Assembly: GCA_028695025.1 (NCBI GenBank)
Contig: JAQVJV010000008.1
Coordinates: forward strand, 1-37,094
DNA: 37,094 bases
Direction: 5' to 3'
From: Candidatus Moraniibacteriota bacterium
Lineage (GTDB): Bacteria > Patescibacteriota > Minisyncoccia > Moranbacterales > UBA11712
The notes beneath the pieces were generated by a model. The model saw nothing but the letters and a program-made list of their open reading frames with translations. It was not told the DNA's origin and made no database searches. Positions 33,659 to 37,094 of the stretch are shown here, piece by piece; positions within the stretch are counted from its first letter, which is position 1, and each line of letters opens with the position of its first letter. A program made the translations under genes and the position numbers.

Positions 33659-34312
33659 ATGGCAAATTATAAAATATTAGAGAATGATATAAAATTGTGC
33701 CGAAAATGTCATCTTCGCGATACTTGCAACCAAGTTGTTCCAGGAGATGGAAATCCAGAAACAGAAATCATGTTCATCGGAGAAGCGCCGGGGGCGGAGG
33801 AGGATAAACAGGGCATACCCTTCGTGGGCGCGGCGGGAAAATTTTTGAACCAAATGCTCAGGACGATCAATCTCAAGCGGGAGGACATTTTCATCGCGAA
33901 TGTTCTCAAGTGCCGGCCGCCGGCGAACCGCGATCCGTTGCCGGAAGAAGTAGCGGCTTGCTGGCCGTGGCTGCTTGAGCAAATCCAAACCATCAAGCCG
34001 AAGTTGATCGTTCTTCTGGGGCGCCATGCGATGGAAAGGTTTCTCCCCAACCAGAAAATATCCCAAATTCATGGGACAGCTCTTCGGCGCGAAATCGATG
34101 GCATTGGGAAACAGGTTTTTTATGCTCTCTATCATCCTGCCGCGGCGCTCTATCAGGGAAGCTTGCGTGAGACTCTTCTCAAAGATTTCAAAAGAATCCC
34201 AAAAGTTGTGGAAGCGATTGAAAAATCAGGAGAAATTGCAAATGTGCAAAAAGTTAAGGCAGAGCCAGAGAATAGATTTGAAGAAAAAATAAAACAAGAA
34301 AAATTATTCTAG
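33659..34312 (+). CDS. uracil-DNA glycosylase, family 4 (Fe-S type)
   Basis: CRKCHL..C, GEAPGAEEDKQGIPFVGAAGKFL, HPAAALY motifs. Confidence 0.85.
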   Translation: MANYKILENDIKLCRKCHLRDTCNQVVPGDGNPETEIMFIGEAPGAEEDKQGIPFVGAAGKFLNQMLRTINLKREDIFIANVLKCRPPANRDPLPEEVAACWPWLLEQIQTIKPKLIVLLGRHAMERFLPNQKISQIHGTALRREIDGIGKQVFYALYHPAAALYQGSLRETLLKDFKRIPKVVEAIEKSGEIANVQKVKAEPENRFEEKIKQEKLF

Positions 34313-34409
34313 AAATTACATTATGAATTTGTACAGTAATCCAGCCTGCCCGCTGCATTTTTAAATATATTCCAGTACAGTAATACAGTATACTGTATTA
34401 GCATTATAA

Positions 34410-34440
34410 AAGCCCCGGACGTTTTCTCGGGGGATTTTAT
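34410..34440 (+). terminator. rho-independent terminator after UDG gene
   Basis: AGCCCCGGA-CGTTTTCT-CGGGGGATTTTAT. Confidence 0.45.
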
Positions 34441-34453
34441 ATCCAACTCGTCT

Positions 34454-35206
34454 CTATTTCTTTGCGCTCTTCCAGGCGATATCAAAAAGGACTTTCATAG
34501 CCTGGGAAAATTCCGGGCTTTCAATAACGAGCGCATATGATTCTTCGCGTGAAGAAATAATCGTCACAATGTGGTCATAAATGCTGATAAAAGGTTCAAA
34601 ATTAGTTTCAAGGTCAAGATAGCGAACTTCGCGAAGAATGTCCTTGTTTTCTCTTTTCAAATACCAGTCTTTTTCCGAAGGAGGCATAACCTCTTTTTTG
34701 CAGCGTAGCGACTGCACTCGGATGCCCCGCTTCACTCTTTCATCAATTTGGCGGTGAATGAATCTGGTGCCCAAAATATCTGTCACATTGTCAACCAATG
34801 CAAAATCGCGTCGAAATTTTTCCTGCGCATTGAGCGAATCCATCAAAATCCGGCGCATGCCCGGAAGATCATCATAAAACCGCACCACGGGCTTTGTTCC
34901 CTTGGCGCCCTGAAGCGCGACCAGCAGGGGAATGAGCTGGCCGACAACAGTTGACTGGCTTTCCAGAATTTCTTTGAACTTGTTGGGATGCTCCGCCGTA
35001 TAGGAAATGCGTGTTCCGTTAACTGTTTTTGAAGCGAGGCCTTTTTCCGAAATATCTTCCATAATCTTATAAATCGTCGTCCGTTCAATTCCGGCATCTT
35101 TGGCAATGGCGTGGGGGCTTGCTTTTTGAAGTTTGATGAGAGAAATATAGGCCTTGGCATGATTGTCCTTCACTCCTAAAGCCTCCAAAAGCTGATAAAT
35201 ATCCAT
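34454..35206 (-). CDS. TrmB-family HTH transcriptional regulator (paralog 3)
   Basis: MDIYQLLEALGVKDNHAKAYISLIKLQKASPHAIAKDAGIERTTIYKIMEDISEKGLA. Divergent from the radical-SAM gene. Confidence 0.75.
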   Translation of the reverse strand: MDIYQLLEALGVKDNHAKAYISLIKLQKASPHAIAKDAGIERTTIYKIMEDISEKGLASKTVNGTRISYTAEHPNKFKEILESQSTVVGQLIPLLVALQGAKGTKPVVRFYDDLPGMRRILMDSLNAQEKFRRDFALVDNVTDILGTRFIHRQIDERVKRGIRVQSLRCKKEVMPPSEKDWYLKRENKDILREVRYLDLETNFEPFISIYDHIVTIISSREESYALVIESPEFSQAMKVLFDIAWKSAKK

Positions 35207-35344
35207 AATATCAATAAAATAGACAAATATATATCTGTAATTAAGCTAATATTGTATTATATTTACAAAATAGTCAATATATTTAGACATTAATCAGAAT
35301 AAATTATACGATGCTGAATTCCCAATAAAAAGGAGGATTTTCAA

Positions 35345-36736
35345 ATGAAAATTAGAGGAATACAGCTCATTAATACTTTCGGATTCGGGCGCAGTGTAAA
35401 TGAACAAATTTATGCGCCAATTGGACTGATTCGAATTGGCATGGCTCTCAAAAGGGCTTTTAGTTATGAAAAAGATGTTTCAACAACTGATGAACATCAT
35501 ACGGAAATATCAATTAGTCCGGATTCTAATGTTGTTGGGTTTTATGCAAACACTCTCACCTATCCAAGAGTGCTTGAGGCTGCTCTCAAAGCAAAACAAG
35601 CCGGTAAAATCGTTGTGCTTGGCGGTCCACATGCAATTTTGCGGGATCTGATTTTGCGAAATCAGAAAGAAGTAATTGATTTCGTAATTGAAGGCAAAGG
35701 TGAAATTCCTATAGTCCAACTAGTCGAAGCGCTTGAGGGGAATCGTTCTTTCGAAAACGTTTATTCATTGAGTTGGCGGAGAGGTAATGAGATTATCAAT
35801 AATCCATTAATGCCAGTTCATCTTTGGGACTGGGAGGAATATTGTCCGCCGGATTATGAGTTGTTGGTAACTGGGATAAGACCTTATCACAAGGCTTTCG
35901 CCAGAATTCATCGGGAGGAGGTAGGAAAAATTTTTCATACTTTCACGCATTTTGGCTGCCGCTATAAAGAAGCGATGAAAAAGAGAGAACGGCAATCTTG
36001 CATCTTCTGTTCGCTCTGCGATCCATTAAGAGTTAGGAAGCCTATGGAAATTCTGGCTGAAATAAAATATTATTTGGATCGCTACGCTCAAAAAGGTGAC
36101 GAGGTAGTAATAAAAGATTATGGCGATGATGTTGGAGGGCGGCCCCGACTTGTTTATAAGCTTCTTAGGGCTATCGAAAAATGTGAATGGTGGAATAACT
36201 ATAAAATATCCTTAACTTTCTATTGCCGAAGCTCTGAATTAACAGATCCGTTGGCAAAAGCATTTCAAAAACTTAATGCCAGCCTTTTCTTTGGCTTTGA
36301 TTCAGCTGATGATGAGGTCTTAAGGAAAAATGGCAAGGGGATGAAAGTAAAATCTCATTGGCGCGCTATCGAACTTTGCCAGACATATAATATTCCAATT
36401 CAGGCAAGTTTGATTGCAGGGTTAATGGGCGAAACGCATGAATCTCTCGAAGCTAATTTGAAATTTGCTAAAAAACTGAAAGCAACAGGGCTCGTAGAAC
36501 GGTTCAATTCCGGAATGCTCATTGTTTTGCCTGGAACACCAGCATTTGAAATGCTGGCTGAAAAGGAGCCGGGGCTTCGTGATCGCGATATTCTCACCCC
36601 AGACGTGACAAGAGCTCTTTGGCATAAGCATTTTACTAAAAAAGCTTCAGTTAAAGACGCTGAGAAATGCGCGAGAATCATTGATAAAATGTCACCCCTA
36701 CATGGAAGCATGGGGCGTGAAGAGCATAACGATTAA
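35345..36736 (+). CDS. B12-binding-domain radical SAM protein (non-canonical Cys cluster CX13CX2CX2C)
   Basis: Strong RBS AAAGGAGGA. N-terminal Rossmann-like B12-binding region (KIVVLGGPHA). Cys cluster GCRY..(13)..CIFCSLC. TIM-barrel-like remainder. Confidence 0.6.
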   Translation: MKIRGIQLINTFGFGRSVNEQIYAPIGLIRIGMALKRAFSYEKDVSTTDEHHTEISISPDSNVVGFYANTLTYPRVLEAALKAKQAGKIVVLGGPHAILRDLILRNQKEVIDFVIEGKGEIPIVQLVEALEGNRSFENVYSLSWRRGNEIINNPLMPVHLWDWEEYCPPDYELLVTGIRPYHKAFARIHREEVGKIFHTFTHFGCRYKEAMKKRERQSCIFCSLCDPLRVRKPMEILAEIKYYLDRYAQKGDEVVIKDYGDDVGGRPRLVYKLLRAIEKCEWWNNYKISLTFYCRSSELTDPLAKAFQKLNASLFFGFDSADDEVLRKNGKGMKVKSHWRAIELCQTYNIPIQASLIAGLMGETHESLEANLKFAKKLKATGLVERFNSGMLIVLPGTPAFEMLAEKEPGLRDRDILTPDVTRALWHKHFTKKASVKDAEKCARIIDKMSPLHGSMGREEHND

Positions 36737-36779
36737 GATTGCAGCATTCCAGTATACTGTAATGAAGTATAAAAAAGAG

Positions 36780-36815
36780 TCCCCGACGAAACGAATTTCG
36801 TCGGGGATTCTTGTT
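36780..36815 (+). terminator. rho-independent terminator of the radical-SAM gene
   Basis: TCCCCGACGAAA-CGAA-TTTCGTCGGGGA followed by TTCTTGTT. Confidence 0.65.
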
Positions 36816-37094
36816 GAGATCCGAGTCTTTAAAAGATGTTTACTTTTACTCCATGCATTTCCAAGTGCTCAAAATATTCAACATAGGCTGGAGGCAGACG
36901 AGGAAAGCGTTGGCATTTGCTACTGACGCGAGCTTGGTAAATAATAGACTCATAATAGCTTTTCCTCAGTAACTGTTCAATATCTTTTTAACAATACTCT
37001 CACGAAACACAAAACTATCATTTGCAAACTTGAATTGAGTTTTCGTTCACAGTTCTTCCAAAGCCTTCGGCATTTTTCGAGCCAAGAGAAACTT

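Overview
This is a low-GC bacterial window whose gene content and style suggest a Candidate Phyla Radiation (Patescibacteria) genome: small proteins, weak Shine-Dalgarno sites, TrmB-type regulators and TrbC/VirB2-like pilin paralogs. It mixes a housekeeping core with accessory segments rich in tRNAs and repeats. The housekeeping genes are rplS, clpP, tig, ppa, nusA, infB, rbfA, a DHH phosphoesterase, family-4 UDG, rluA and a CCA-adding enzyme. I find 11 tRNA genes in four clusters. The most notable single feature is a tRNA-Phe(GAA) split in its anticodon loop by a ~257-nt group I intron whose core resembles the Azoarcus and cyanobacterial tRNA introns, with a LAGLIDADG-like HTH endonuclease gene immediately downstream. 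A second accessory signal is a previously uncharacterised MITE-like palindromic element family (15-bp terminal inverted repeats, two internal CTCC...GGAG hairpins). There are two ~130-bp copies and two 45-bp mini-copies, and the mini-copies are inserted in-frame, as 15 codons, into the CCA-enzyme gene and the 3' end of a trmB-like gene. One full copy marks the breakpoint of a duplicated, frameshifted 5' fragment of the cca gene, and the other sits just upstream of the trmB-paralog start codon. Other features include a six-gene locus of TrbC/VirB2-like T4SS pilin paralogs, one an internal tandem fusion and one with a long Cys-rich extension. Its lead gene is preceded by three hairpins that bury the RBS. 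There are also a RhuM/Fic-Doc protein, an orphan receiver-domain protein, two tandem O-antigen-ligase-like membrane proteins, three TrmB-family regulator paralogs and a B12-binding radical-SAM protein. No CRISPR array, rRNA or classical transposase is present.
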